NCBI RefSeq assembly: GCF_037042905.1
Contig: NC_087245.1
Coordinates: 33,978,001-34,038,000, forward strand
DNA from: Lytechinus pictus
Taxonomy: Eukaryota
Direction: 5' to 3'
Length of the DNA: 60,000 nucleotides
The translations under genes were made by a program, and so were the position numbers. This document shows, piece after piece, positions 1 to 14,002 of the stretch (position 1 is the stretch's first letter; each line of letters starts with the position of its first letter). The notes beneath the pieces are model-generated. The model was not told the origin of the DNA and ran no database searches. It saw only the letters and a program-made list of their open reading frames with translations.

Positions 1-522
1 GTTTATTCTGAAGATAATAAAAATAGTATTCCAGTTCATATAAGACATGACCTTCTTTTTCACTGCATGTCTGATGAGTATGCGATCGATTTTGTCTATC
101 CCCATTTTTAGGTACTGTATGAACGAACGAAACACACAAGAGGAGTAAATAAGCAAATACAATTTTTCAGAAAATTTTGAAATTGATAAATAAATATTTA
201 TTCACTTTGGGGTGTAGCGGATGTACAGAAAGCCACCTGTTCATGATATATAGCTTCGTGATAACTGAAATAGTAATTATTTCAGGCTAACCTCGATTAG
301 GAGTTGCTTATTTCTTTTTCTTTTGGCATAGGGGAGTGGGGTAAACAAGGCCACCTTTTTGTATAATTCCAACTATATTTTTTAATGTAAAGCAGTAGAA
401 ACATGATTAGATGTCAATTACTAGATCTAGATTAAACTGAAATTATCCATTAGAAATGTCAGAACTAATCAGCCTAATTTGCATATTAACAGGCCATTAA
501 TACTTCAGTCGGGTGGCCTTAT

Positions 523-1781
523 TGGTGCGGCAGCCCAGGAGATTTATTCAACCGAAAGCCGGACAAGCAAATAGCTGGATGACATTGACCCTGAAGTTTA
601 CAAAAAAGCATTGCTGCCGGGTTTTATCCGTGGTCTTCCACCAAAATGACGTAATATAATTATGACGTCATTTCAAAATGGCCCTATTTCACCATTTTTT
701 AGACATTCTACACATAGCATCAAGTCAATGGAAAATATCTCAGCCAAACCATGTTTGTGTCTTTTTAAACTTTCACAATATGTTGTTCAAGTAGTGCACA
801 AGTGACATGCAAAATTTCAGAAACACTGAGAAATGTTTACATATGCAAATTAGTTCATGAAATTTGCATATCATTAGTTTGGGGATCTCTTGCTTCAAAA
901 ATTGTCGAAGATCAATTCAGAAATCTATTTTTTTTTGGGTACTTTTTTGATATATTTCCTGTCAAGCATAATATTGTTCTCTTTATCATTTATATGTCAG
1001 TAATTGGAAATGACATTATAGACTGTGGTTTCAGCCCCCTTTTCAATATGATACGTACATAGAAATCATGCGTTTTTGCCTGTTTTTCACCATATAGCTG
1101 AGTTGTGTGAACGATACAGTATGTCTTTTTTATTGGTGTTTCCTGCATATTGCATGATATTAAATCTCCGAAACAACATATTTTCATCTTCATTATGTCT
1201 CTGCTATTAAATTAATGATTTCAGCAAAGATTGATCGCCCACTGGACAAAACTGGACAGTCTATAGGCTACGTTTTCAGCCTAATTTTCAACAACGAACC
1301 TATACCATGAATGACTGCATTATTGCAGTCGAGTCGGAAATGGGGGTTCATGTCCACCGTGTGTATTTGAGTTTTGTCAGACGTGTATCAATCAGATATG
1401 ATTATTTACGTCTGGGACCGACCTTTAACGTCACCATCCGAAAGACGTGACCAGGGCTCGAACCTCGAACCTCTGCATCAATTTGTAACTTCCCCACAGC
1501 TTGGATTATAGGCGCACACCACAACGCCCAGTTAAAATAACATAACCATCATAACATATATTTAATTAACATTTTGTATTGCCTGAAGTGTCTAGTTAAT
1601 GAATCCTGATGTCCCCTTTGCCAAATCATGTCCCACGGGGTTCAAAATTGATAACTTTGGCGGCCCTCTTGGATTTTTGTTATGAAAACCAATCATCAAA
1701 TTCAGGGTCCATGCCATCCATCTATGGGGTCATTTGCTTGTCCGGCTTTCGGTTGAATAAATCTTCTGGGCTGCCGGACTA
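523..1781. mobile_element. Non-autonomous TIR transposon with 3-bp TSD (TAT) and TAG...CTA-type termini (Academ-like)
   Basis: TIRs T(G/A)GT(G/C)CGGCAGCCCAG.AGATTTATTCAACCGAAAGCCGGACAAGCAAAT. Removing the element and one TAT restores the host motif GGGTGGCCTTATTTGCCCC. The superfamily call is an inference. Confidence 0.7.
1359..1532 (-). mobile_element. Short SINE with 7SL(Alu-domain)-like head, B-box and Deu-like core
   Basis: Minus strand: CTGGGCGTTGTGGTGTGCGCCTATAATCCAAGCTGTGGGGAAG...GGTTCGAGCCC...GTCTTTCGGATGGTGACGTTAAAGGTCGGTCCC...CAAATACACAC. Confidence 0.6.
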
Positions 1782-4265
1782 TATTTGCCCCACCTAAATG
1801 GGGCAAATGAGGCCGCCTGATTAAAACCTATTTCATGTTGCTTTTTCGAAGTAAAAATAGTTCAGTTGGTTTAATACAATCACTAAACATTTATTAGAAA
1901 CAATCATATTAACATTTAGTTATTTACCAAATGACCCTCATTTTATGAATAATTTATTAATCCTATCCAATATTATAGGGAAAAAAGATTCTCAGATTGT
2001 GTTTTCTGCTGTCATAGTTACATTTTTGTGTATCTACGTGTTTATCGATAGTTTACACATATACATTATATATAATCAAGTGTGATGATGCCTACACTGA
2101 ATTTCAAAGTTTTTACAGATGTAACTATAAAGTTTCAATTATGTATTAATCCGGGTGGCCTCATTTGCCCCATCAGACATGTCGAGTTCATAGACATCCA
2201 GTCAGAAAAAAAGGGAAAGTTGTGACATTTACTACGGTTCTGGCATGCAAAATAATACCTTACACAAGTAAACTAAGATAAAAGTTAATGGGTAGGTACA
2301 GTCCTCGCCTCTCTAAAGTGGCAATGCTACTTTCAAAATTTTGATTTGTATGTGTTGCTGGGTTTGTGATCCTCCTGGCCCTGAGCACTGAGCTGTGACA
2401 CGTTCTCTCTGCTAAAAATCTGTGCTGAAGAACCATGAGAACTGTCTCAAATACTACGCAAACGGCAACCCATTTGACCCTACCATTCTTTAGCAGTGAG
2501 CTAAAAACTTAACAAGTGGCATATTTTACCCCACCCCCATACTTTTTTTCTGTAAATATACTTGAAGGTGAGATCTGGTAATAATTAAAATCAATTAATT
2601 AGAGGTAGAATAACTAAGTTTCGGTTCCAATTTCACAACGATGTTAAATATTTTGCTCTTTTTTTCGTCGTCATACCCCTTTTTTTAGTTTTTGCAGTTG
2701 ATTTTTTTTCTTCTACACGATATTCATGAAACAAGAAGCACAAGGTTTAATAACAATAACCCTCCCATAACTTTGATCATTTTACAATGGGGGTGGGTGT
2801 AATACAGAGACCGTTGTGCTTCGTAATGCATCGCCTTTAGATCATGAAATAAACGAGTGTGAACTAGATGACAATGCGCATAAAACACCATGTAAGTAAA
2901 TCCTATCTAAATCGCATTTGGCACGTCATCTAGTCCAAGATAAATTCCAGTACATTATCAGTGCCTACACGTCACTCAGCATTGCGTGACTCTTGGATAG
3001 TTTGGGATATCCCTTACACAGTATTAAGTTTGAACGATATAAATATCGATGATCTTGACAATGATATGAAGATAATGTGTCAATTAAGGAGGATCCACTG
3101 TTGGGGTGTTCGTCATCTCGTATGAGGCCCAAATATTAGCTACCTTCATAATGTGTTCAAGTCAGTGCCTATTGCCTCGGACGTTATGACTTATTCCAAT
3201 ATATCCTTTCATGGTGGGTAATCTTATTATCCATATTTTAATCTAAATAAATTTATCGAGGCAATTATGGTTCAAAACGAAATAAAACATTTTTTATGTC
3301 TATATCCTTTTTTCTTTTATATCCTTTTATATCCATATCCTTTTTTTCATGCAGATGCATGGCAACAACCTCTTTTTCAAAGCCATGGAACGAAATTGGG
3401 CTATTTTTGCTCTATGAATCGGTGTTGAGGAACATAAACTCGATTAACCTTTAGACCCTAATAAATAGTGTAACGTCTCCACCCCGTCCTAGCTTTCTCC
3501 GCTCAAAGTACGCATCCGATCAACGCGCGGCAAATAACACAATAAGGTTTATCATTTACCTACCTTGCATTTCTTCTATACCTTACTATAATAGGATTCG
3601 ATCATCAGAAGCTTATTTCAGGCTCTATACCTTCCAGGCTAACCTATATCCTACATAATTATTGGGTAAGTCAACATTTTCATTACTTAATTCAATGTTG
3701 CAATGGTGATGAGATCAATCGAATCTGTTTTTTTCTTTACATTTATGTATTCTTTATGATTTCGAAAGATGTGTTTTCTCTGTTACACATGCCTGAAGTC
3801 TCAAATGATATCTGCGGGAATGTGTCTTAAGAAACTTTGATTAAAGATTAGTAGGCTCCCTGTAGGAATAGATTGGAGTAGTTTGCCAAGGTAGAGCACC
3901 GGAACACGTAGTATCTACCGGAAGACGTGGATTCAACATATGCCAATAATTTCTAGCAATATTGATCCCGTTTCCTTTGTTTTCGGGTGTTTTATAGGGA
4001 GTGGGGGAGGGATAATAAACTGTATTGTGTACCAGCTAGCAATGAGCTTGACCAAATATGACGGAATTCAATGAAATATTGAACACAAGCCTACTTGAGG
4101 AGTGGGGTGACAGAAAGTTCATGGAATTTTTGTCTCTCTTGATAATCTTTGCCAGGTAACGGCACAGATCATGAATTTATAATTAGATATGATCTTAAGT
4201 CTACCATCATGAATATACAGTCTAAAGCCCATTTCCCCTTTTCTATAGCAAAGTAGTAATGAGTA

Positions 4266-4547
4266 CACTGTTAGAAAATGTATCCTTAAAATAAAAGAAG
4301 TTGCTGCAGCAGAGTCTCGAGAACACCTGTAATCTTTACCAGATTGCGTAATCTTACAGGAAATTGGTATTTGGTGTATGGAACCTTAGAAATATCCTTG
4401 AATAAAACACCCTTTTCCCCTTTTCAAACAGACCTGTTCTATTAAATTGCAGAAAAATTCCTGTTTTATGAATTTACAGAATGATTCTGTTATTGCTTTC
4501 TGCAAAATCTTCTTTTTTCTGTATAATCAGGTTTTTTTTTAACAGTG
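4266..4547. mobile_element. CACTG-ended MITE, TA-flanked (second copy at 58118-58418)
   Basis: Termini CACTGTTA...TAACAGTG; near-identical body at 58118-58418. Confidence 0.8.
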
Positions 4548-4857
4548 TACACTATGTGTGTTTGAATATAGAAAGCAAAGTACACCCTTTGATCAATATT
4601 CTGCCTAAGTTTGGGCAGGTCTTAGTCATGTTTATATCTATATATTCAGTTAGCGTAAGCAAATTTATTTTGTTTGATTTATTGCTTGCTATCTTTAAAT
4701 CGAAATTTCGATATGAATTATATTTTGTTGAAGGTCCCCGTTGAATAGATGTTGAATACATAATTTCATTCAATGTAATTGATTATAAAACGCTCAGTGT
4801 AGCAATATTTCCCATGGGAATGTCACAGTGGATCTTGCAGTGATTATAATCCATCTA

Positions 4858-5008
4858 GGTCCCGTTGCAGAAGCATTTGCATTTAAACGCAACTCAAGAA
4901 GTCAAGCGCAAGTTCATAACACGCGCATGTCTCATTGGTAGAAAAGCAAATTACGATTGATCTTTTTTTAGTTACGATTGATCGTAACTGTTTCTGTAAC
5001 GGACCCCT
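4858..5008. mobile_element. Small PIF/Harbinger-like MITE
   Basis: Imperfect TIRs GGTCCCGTTGCAGAA ... TTCTGTAACGGACCC; motifs shared with 50221-50493. Confidence 0.5.
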
Positions 5009-5070
5009 GGCCTTGAACTCTAACGAAGGTTTCCGTCCTGAATATAAGTACCGGAGTGTTATCGGTAATT

Positions 5071-5990
5071 AGGGCATTTTAGCAATGACATCGCAGTCGC
5101 TTTCTATGAAGCAGGGAATCTTTTATCAAAAGCCCTTCATAACAAACAGCGTTTGTCGATAATCGGTGAATCAAAATAGCGGTGTCGTCCTGGAATTCTT
5201 TTCCATGTTTTTCTTATTCTTCTTACATGGTAGTTATGTCATGTAAAGGGATGTGTTTTTTGTTTGAGCTGCAACTTCCCACAGTCGAATGAGGGGGGGG
5301 GGTCCTCCATTGTCGATTTGCGGGGGACGGATGCTGTCCCCTTCTCTGTTCGAGCCTTGTCTGAATGGTGTTACATTTGGTGTAAAGGGATTGATCTTTT
5401 GTTTTTTATGCTGTTTTAATTGCTTGTTTTTATTGATTGAACATGTATTGTTTTCTTTTTATCTGTATGAACGCACCATATTATGTGAGTGCCTCCGATT
5501 TAAAGGAGTCTGTTCAAATAAAAAAAATAAAAATAAATAAATAGATAAATACATGAATGAATGACTGACTGAATGAATGAATGAATGAATGAATGAATGA
5601 ATGAATGAATGAATGAATAAATAAATAAAAAAATAAATAGATGAATAAATAAATGAATAAATGAATAAATGAATAAATGAATAAATGAATAAATGAATAA
5701 ATGAATAAATGAATGAATAAATAAATAAATAAATAAATAGATAAATAGATAAATAGATAAATAAAGAAATAGATAAATGAATGAATGAATGAATGAATGA
5801 ATGAATGAATGAATAAATAAATAAATAAATATTTGCATTTTTGTCCGGTCCGAATCTTCAGACGATATGCTGTCCCGGTCCACCAACTTTCGACGATGAC
5901 CTCTTATCTGCCCATTGTGATTTAACGGACATTTTCAATAGATTCTGAACGTTGCAGAAAGCGTCTCCAAAGTGGATGCTAAAATACGTT
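5071..5990. mobile_element. MITE split by an insertion and a microsatellite; an intact inverted relative lies at about 28425-28704
   Basis: 5071-5140 and 5831-5990 match the reverse complement of 28425-28704 (AGGGCATTTT...; TCCGGTCCGAATCTTC...CCCGGTCCACCAACTTTCGAC). Confidence 0.55.
5517..5830. repeat. (GAAT)n/(AAAT)n compound microsatellite
   Basis: Direct reading. Confidence 0.95.
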
Positions 5991-6850
5991 AATGATGTGT
6001 CACAAAAGACCGGGATTAAACGCCTTATTCACAACCACGACAGTTCTTCCTTTAGGATATTTTTGCTGTCAATCCGGAGAAATGGGGTTTTAAAAACATT
6101 TGCTGTTAGGTAAATAATATGGGCGTGAACATGGGGAAATATAAGTTATTGATTGTCTGCATGTGACGATGATTTTCACATCGATATAGACTATAGAAAC
6201 TATAGAAATCGAAATATTCAGAAAAGTCGGTTAAAGAATAAGTTATTGGAGGATGAATGTCTTTCTCTTTAACATCATTAATTGGCACCGTTGCTTTCAA
6301 AGCGGCGCGCTTTCGAATAAAAAAAAATATGTACTGAACTCCATTTGTAAGAATTGTCTTGCCGATTATCTCTTTGAAAATATATACATATCTTTTTTAA
6401 AAATACACTTTTGCAAGATTTTTTTTTCTAAATCTAAGGAGGCAAGCTAGTGCTTGAGACGATGATAACAACCATGAAAGCTCATCTAACAAATCCCTTT
6501 TTAGAGGTCAAAGTATCAGAAAAGAGTAAATTTACTCAAGATTGGATAATAATAATTATAATAATGACAATGACTGCCTTTCGGCAGTCCCCTTCATAAC
6601 CAACCTGCTATATAAACTGCATGCTGTACCGTGTGTACATTATGAACACATTGTTTGATAGATTTTATTGTTTTGTATTATGCATACTATGTTACTTGAA
6701 TTGTATTTGTTTGTTGGATATGGAAATATATGAAATGAATGAGAACAATAATATCAATAATAGTGATAGTAATGATAATCATAATTATAAGGATGATAAT
6801 AATAATATTAATAATCAGTTTTATACAATAAGAGGACAAGCACCTGCCTA

Positions 6851-7172
6851 GAACTTGAACAAAGCTGTATGATCGGATGATGTCCATTGAGAAGCTGTTG
6901 TAGGGGCAAACTTATTAGGATATTTAATCTGTTAATATTTAATAGGTGTTCGCCAAATCTTTGATATATTGTATATTTCTTTAAATTTTCCTGCTGTTAT
7001 CAAACCACGCCCACTGAGCTTGAAGAAAGCTGTATGATCGGAGGATGCGCATTGAGAAGCTGTTGTGGGGACAAACTTACTAGGATATTTAATCTGTTAA
7101 TATTTGATAGGTGTTCACCAAATCTTTAATATATTTCTCTAAATTTTCCTGCTGTTATTAAACCACACCCAC
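6851..7172. repeat. Two-copy tandem duplication, about 165 bp
   Basis: AAAGCTGTATGATCGGA...AAACCAC.CCCAC occurs twice. Confidence 0.85.
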
Positions 7173-7317
7173 CGTTAGGTCAGACATCTCATCTCTTTTA
7201 ATGATTGGACGATGATGATCTTTTCTTCAAATCTGTTTTATTTGATCAAGAGCGGTAGCTACTACCACCACTGGCTTATTGATGGGGGCGTGGGGGTAAA
7301 GGACCCCCCCCCCCCCC

Positions 7318-7351
<34 letters not shown>

Positions 7352-10300
7352 ACATAAAAAAAGAGAAAAATAGGATAGGAAAAAGGTGAAATATACTATA
7401 TTTTCTCAAATGTGTCAAAAATATATCATTAAACAGATTTTAGTATCGAGGTCGAACAATTTCTCGCTCGCTTCTCTCGCTAGCAGTATTTTCCCCCATG
7501 CGCCATGTCTGGTCTGACCCACTCATTTTGGTACATTACGCCATCACTTGCGACCAACAGTCAGAAACACATTTCCTATCTGATTTATCATCACGGGTGT
7601 GGACACTTCAGTCATATCGGAGAGAATTTAGTCACCTCGAGTGGATAGGCCATTGACTGATTATGTTATCTTTATTTGCAAATATATTAATCGTTAAGTC
7701 GAAGTGCGTACAACAGTGGTGCTATATCATGTTGATACGGAAGGATTTTTAAGATTAGCAGTACACGCGTAGAAGGGTGTACTGGGGGCTCTGCCTCCCC
7801 CCTCCCCTCCCCACCCAAAAACAATCCATGACCAAGAAGAAAATATAAAGGAAAAGGGAAGGGGAAAAGGAAAAACGAGGGAAGGAAAAAGTATGATTTT
7901 ATCTTTGATATGTCAAAATCTATCCTAAAATTAGAATTGATTTTTTTTTGCTCGCTGGCGACTTACACCTTTATGCCATGGTGACCCTCAAAATCTTTGG
8001 CCATTACGCCACAACTCGGATCTATTCCAAGATATTCATATTTGTTTTGGGATGAAATCCTCGATGCTTTGTCATTGAATAAGTACTAATTGCCATTTTT
8101 GTATTATTAACTATATACGTCATAATAGTAATGAACACCGTGAAGAACGCGAATGTCCTTGAAGTAATAGATTTATTATTTCAATTTCGAAGTTCAGGAA
8201 CTTTAAGAATAGTTGAAAATCCGATGATACACGCTAAAATGCAATCATTCTTACTGCTCTCTGTGTCTGGTGTTTTTCTTATCTCTCCTCTTTTTTCTTT
8301 CTAGCCCTTTTTTCGATTTCTTAAAAATTATAGGAAAACCGGTGCCTCCCGATCCATTTTAGCTAAGCCAGTGTAACCTGGCTCGTAGTATGGGTGGGGC
8401 ACGAACTAAGATTGTGAGTTACCTATTGAACGCGCAGAGCGCGCTTGATAACCAATTATACTGACCTGAAATATCGACAATTTAAGGATTGTTTGTAGAA
8501 TATGAAGATGATGTTTATCTCACTAATTTAATAACGCGAGAGCAAAGCGCGAGCTTAACATTTTTTTTCAATTTAGAGGTTTTGAACTTTGTTTACATGT
8601 TTGAAAGTGATGAAGGGGATACATACCTCTGAAGAAAAAATCAAGTATGAGCTGAATTTTTCTAAGATTTAGACCTAAAAAGGGGAATTTCTGGGTACTT
8701 TTTATAATGTATAACCATGTACAGGATACGATTTTTTCATATATATTCAGACCATAAAAGGAAAATAGCATAAGCGCTTTTTGTGATCATGAACAATATT
8801 CACGTATCTCATTAAAAAATAGTCATGATGCTTGGAAGTGTAAGCAGAAATATTGTTTGTATATCATTTTGAAAGCGGAAAGTTTTGTTTTCTTTTTTTT
8901 TCTTTTTTTTTGGGGGGTAAGCGTCCCTAAGGCCTACCCCTTATATGTACGCCACTGAATGAACTATGATCATAAGTTTCATTCCACGATCACGGACGCA
9001 ATTGTCCAATGCCAAATATCTAATGGAGAGTAGGAGTGATGCCTAGCCTCGAAGAATTTGTTTTGGCCAGTGACGTATTGGCCAAAATCTTTGAGTGAGC
9101 CAGATACGGCGTATGGCGTAATAAAAAAAAACGACCGAGAAAAAAAATTCGACCTCGTTTATACAAAAGGAAAATATTTGTGATAGATTTCAAGATATTA
9201 AAATAATATATCCCACCTTTTTTCCTTTCATTTTCTTTATCTGTCCTCTCTTTCTTGGGCGTGTACGTTTTGGGGATCCAAGCTCCCCCTTCCATCTATA
9301 TAGGCCAGTGTTTTCTGCCTTATAATTTTCTAGCAGATCACATAATCGATTTGAAGTTGCTGGGAAATTCATTTTTGCGTGTTGTGGCCCCACACTTGTG
9401 TTTTATTTCTTAAGATAATTTTTATGCCAAGATCAATGATTCCGTAGTGCTATAAAAAAAAAAACATAAATACATATATTGGCATTCCAACTTGTCAAAA
9501 TTAATTTCTATTTTGTTTTTCATTGAGGACGATCCCCCTCCCCCGATCGGCGCCATGCAACTACCCCACCCTGTCCGCGATTTTGTAACATTGGAATATA
9601 GGAACGGAACCCCAGTATTATTGAATATCTACCAAAATTTTAACCTAAATTTTATTCATTTGATTTGTTTATTAATGCATTTATTTATTCATTTATTTAT
9701 TTATCTATTTCTTTCTTTCTTCATTTATTCATTTCTTTATTCATTAATGAAATATCCTTATGCAGGAAAAGATGCTCAGATTAACTGTTTTTAGCATGGT
9801 CCTGATAACGTAAAAATAAGAACAGTATAAAAGATATAAGTTAGGTTCTACAGATATAATGAATTGCCTACGTTAAAATCGGAAAAATTTGCGATAAATA
9901 AATATGATAAATTTACGAGGAATCGGTGAAATTAGAAAAGTTTTACTCCTATAATACTAGATAATACAATTACAGTAAAATAGAAAATAACGAGTGTGAT
10001 ACCATTATTCTCGGCAAACAAAATGACAAAACAAAATAATATGCGATTATGTCGTGGCTTTATTCAATAGAGATGAACGCTTCCCGAAATTGGTGTCACA
10101 ATCACATAAGTATAAAACATGGATATGAATACCTCTGATTAGAGACTTACATTCATGTATATCTGAAACCAACCGATAGCCTCGAATTAGCTCCCCGAAG
10201 GGGGGTTAAACCCCCGGCTAGAAGGCCCCCCTCCCAGAAAATTCAACGTTAAATTTCGCGGCTGCTTTCCCACTGGTTCTCTGCTAGCCGGACAGGAATA

Positions 10301-13159
10301 CCAGCACAGCTATGAACTACATTTATGAGCTACCGGCAAATCGGTGGATTACAGATGTCATACTTATATCATATAATATACATATATATATACCAGCCTT
10401 CCCGCATGAGAAATTGGGTGAGGCCTAAATTTCACGAAAAATATAAATGTATACAGAATACCAGCCTCCCCGCCTATGAGATCAGGTGAGGCCTAAACTG
10501 AAAGTTCGAGCGTGACACCCTTACATAAAATATAAATGTATACAGAATACCAGCCTCCCCGCCTATGAGATCAGGTGAGGCCTAAACTGAAAGTTCGAGC
10601 GTGACACCCTTACATTCAAATCTACAATTGCGTTCTTAAAGTACTATGTAAAGTTATAAATAAATCCCCTTCGTCTAGGTACCGAATGAGGACCCGATTC
10701 AATATGAAATATTAATCAACGTACATGGCATCAAAGTGGAAAATCTAATAACTAGAGGCGAAAATATAATTCACTGCTTTAAACACCTTGCAAAAGTGAC
10801 CATTGTGGATTAAAGAACATATGCCATGTCAATAATAAGACAATACAATTCATGTGAATTACCAATATATAACGAACACCCAGCCACAAAAACGGGTAAG
10901 GGCGAAAACCCACCTGACCACAGACCAAAATAGATCAGAAGGATAAAATTCCCTTACGGCCCACATTTCTAAATGCACGACGATCTTTGTATTGTTTTGG
11001 TGTGCGACCAGGCAAACTGCCTCCGGATTTGAATTCGTGTTTCGTTATATAAATCAATATTATATTAATGTAAGTAAACTAATTCAAATGTCCATTATCG
11101 ACAGCTCTACATCCCGTTATTCCATTCTGAACGAGCTGTACATTCCAATAAAACACAAATCAACTCTGAATGATACGTATAGCGTATCTTCATTCTCGAC
11201 CTTCTCCAACGCATGTGTTTAAACAATATTCCAACATCGTTTGACCCAAACGTACCGTTTACATGGGTGGTTGTTGGGGAGGAGGTGGGAAAATTACAAG
11301 CGAATATTTTGGACGTTCATCTCCGTTGAAAGCCAAGACTAAAATGAAGGATTTTTCGCGCCTTCACACCTAGGCGCGCGCGCCAAAACATGCGCGCTCC
11401 TTGCGCCCAGTACAAATTATTATCATTGTGCGCATAAACCAAACAGGCTGGCGCTCCATTGTGACGTATCACCTCGTCAACCGCGCCATTCCAAATTACA
11501 AATACCTTCATGACCTGGCATTGTTCACCGACTAATAAATCATTTTAAATCGCCGAGTCGTCTTTAAAATACATTATTCTCGGCAAACAAAATGACAAAA
11601 CAAAATAATATGCGATTATGTCGTGGCTTTATTCAATAGAGATGAACGCTTCCCGAAATTGGTGTCACAATCACATAAGTATAAAACATGGATATGAATA
11701 CCTCTGATTAGAGACTTACATTCATGTATATCTGAAACCAACCGATAGCCTCGAATTAGCTCCCCGAAGGGGGGTTAAACCCCCGGCTAGAAGGCCCCCC
11801 TCCCAGAAAATTCAACGTTAAATTTCGCGGCTGCTTTCCCACTGGTTCTCTGCTAGCCGGACAGGAATACCAGCACAGCTATGAACTACATTTATGAGCT
11901 ACCGGCAAATCGGTGGATTACAGATGTCATACTTATATCATATAATATACATATATATATACCAGCCTTCCCGCATGAGAAATTGGGTGAGGCCTAAATT
12001 TCACGAAAAATATAAATGTATACAGAATACCAGCCTCCCCGCCTATGAGATCAGGTGAGGCCTAAACTGAAAGTTCGAGCGTGACACCCTTACATAAAAT
12101 ATAAATGTATACAGAATACCAGCCTCCCCGCCTATGAGATCAGGTGAGGCCTAAACTGAAAGTTCGAGCGTGACACCCTTACATTCAAATCTACAATTGC
12201 GTTCTTAAAGTACTATGTAAAGTTATAAATAAATCCCCTTCGTCTAGGTACCGAATGAGGACCCGATTCAATATGAAATATTAATCAACGTACATGGCAT
12301 CAAAGTGGAAAATCTAATAACTAGAGGCGAAAATATAATTCACTGCTTTAAACACCTTGCAAAAGTGACCATTGTGGATTAAAGAACATATGCCATGCCA
12401 ATATATCTTATGACAACAGTGTTTAGGCGGCATAATTTGACAAATTACCGCCAAACGAGAATATATTTTATATATATGATCGGCCGCCAAACACTTCATT
12501 CATTTTTTAAGCCTTCGTTCATAATTTAGTCTAGTTTTGCATTAGCTGGCCAAGCTAAATCAGTTATCATGCATATGTAGTCAAGTAGGCCTCCAAGCCC
12601 TCCAATAATTTTAAATGAATTTAAAATATATCATCTTTGTATAAAATCTTTGTACAGCCTTGACGTCGCTGTCTTACATGACACAGTTACCTGAAGGCTG
12701 GCATTCTTTGCCTCTAGCTATTCTGGCTGATATAAGAGTGATCATTTTATATGCAGTATACCTGTTTTCTATTCTTGACCAACATACCAGCCCGTTTTAA
12801 ACCAGCATGAAATGACAAATACTTTGCACCTGAATATTTCACTTATTGCATTCCAAAACCAGATAGAAAAATTCAATTCAAGTATATGAACAAATATCCA
12901 TCTCAAGTATAATGAGAGCATGAAAAACACTTCAATGTATTCAGCTGTTGGAAAAATCTCCCAATAGAAATACATTAAAACATAACCGTGTCAGAACTTC
13001 ATTCACAATTAAAATCTGATTACCATGCGCAAAACTAAACAAAACATATGAAGGAAGACAAGATAATATGCCATTTGAAGTATCATGATTTTTATACAAA
13101 TCTATTGCAATCTTCAAAATTGAAATTCATTGCATCACTAATTTTGATAAGTTATCAAT

Positions 13160-14002
13160 GGTGGCTGAACGCCTTCAGCTTGACCATATAATTAACAAAT
13201 ACTGGCATCCCAACATTGCTAAACTAGCAATGCATGCCGCACTGAGGTACTGCCTCTGTCTTGTTGTCCCATTTGCCATACATGTATAACAGTGCATAAT
13301 TTAACCCTATGCACACAAATAATTCAATTGTGGACAATCGATCGATAAAAACCAAACACGGCATTTAGCTAGTCACTTCACACTTAATTCCAACAGATAC
13401 GGTACATATCATACCATTCTGAGTTGTAATTTTATTTTATTCATTTTTTCATTATTAGTATTTTTTATGGATTTTATATACTGTTCTGTTGGAAATGAGA
13501 TAAGATAAAATCTGAAACTGAAAACTTGAGTAACATCCACAGAATAACCCCATATTACCAATGGAGTATAACCATGATAACTGAAGGCACTAAAACCAAT
13601 TAGATGGCCGAAAGCCATCAGTTTGACCATATAGTTAACACATACTAGCATCCCAACATAGCTAAACCAACAATGCATGCCGCACTGAGGTACTGCCACT
13701 TTCTTGTTGTCCCATTTGCCATATAATTATAACAGTGCATGACTTAACTCCATGCACCCATATGATTCAATTGTGGACAATCGATCAATTAAAATCCAAC
13801 CACAGCATTTAGTTAGTCACCTCACTCTTAATGCCAACAAACACACATCATACCATTCCTGAGTTATAATGGATTTTGAATACTGTTCTGTTGGAAATGA
13901 GATAAAATAAAAACTGAAACTGAAAACTAGAGTAACATCCACAGAATAACCCCATATAACCAATAGAGTATAACCATGATAATTGAAGGCACTAAAACCA
14001 AT
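13160..14002. repeat. Diverged two-copy tandem duplication, about 440/400 bp
   Basis: GCATGCCGCACTGAGGTACTGCC...AAGGCACTAAAACCAAT occurs twice. Confidence 0.85.

Larger units (their letters stand above)
331..2539. mobile_element. Non-autonomous Tc1/mariner-pogo (Fot1-like) DNA transposon, host of nested insertions
   Basis: TA on both flanks; imperfect 24-bp TIRs GGGGAGTGGGGTAAACAAGGCCAC ... GTGGCATATTTTACCCCACCCCCA; internal repeats of the GGGTGGCCTCATTTGCCCC motif. Confidence 0.65.

Noticed and set aside
5500..5886. 128-aa FIHS-repeat ORF
   Set aside because: Translation of a (GAAT/AAAT)n microsatellite.
11317..11511. 64-aa ORF duplicated at 20300-20491
   Set aside because: The identity comes from the duplicated element arm; no recognisable domain.
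10003..12397. 826-bp direct repeats as LTRs of a retrotransposon, or as a Helitron
   Set aside because: No TG...CA ends, PBS, PPT or flanking TSD; no TC...CTRR termini with a 3' hairpin.
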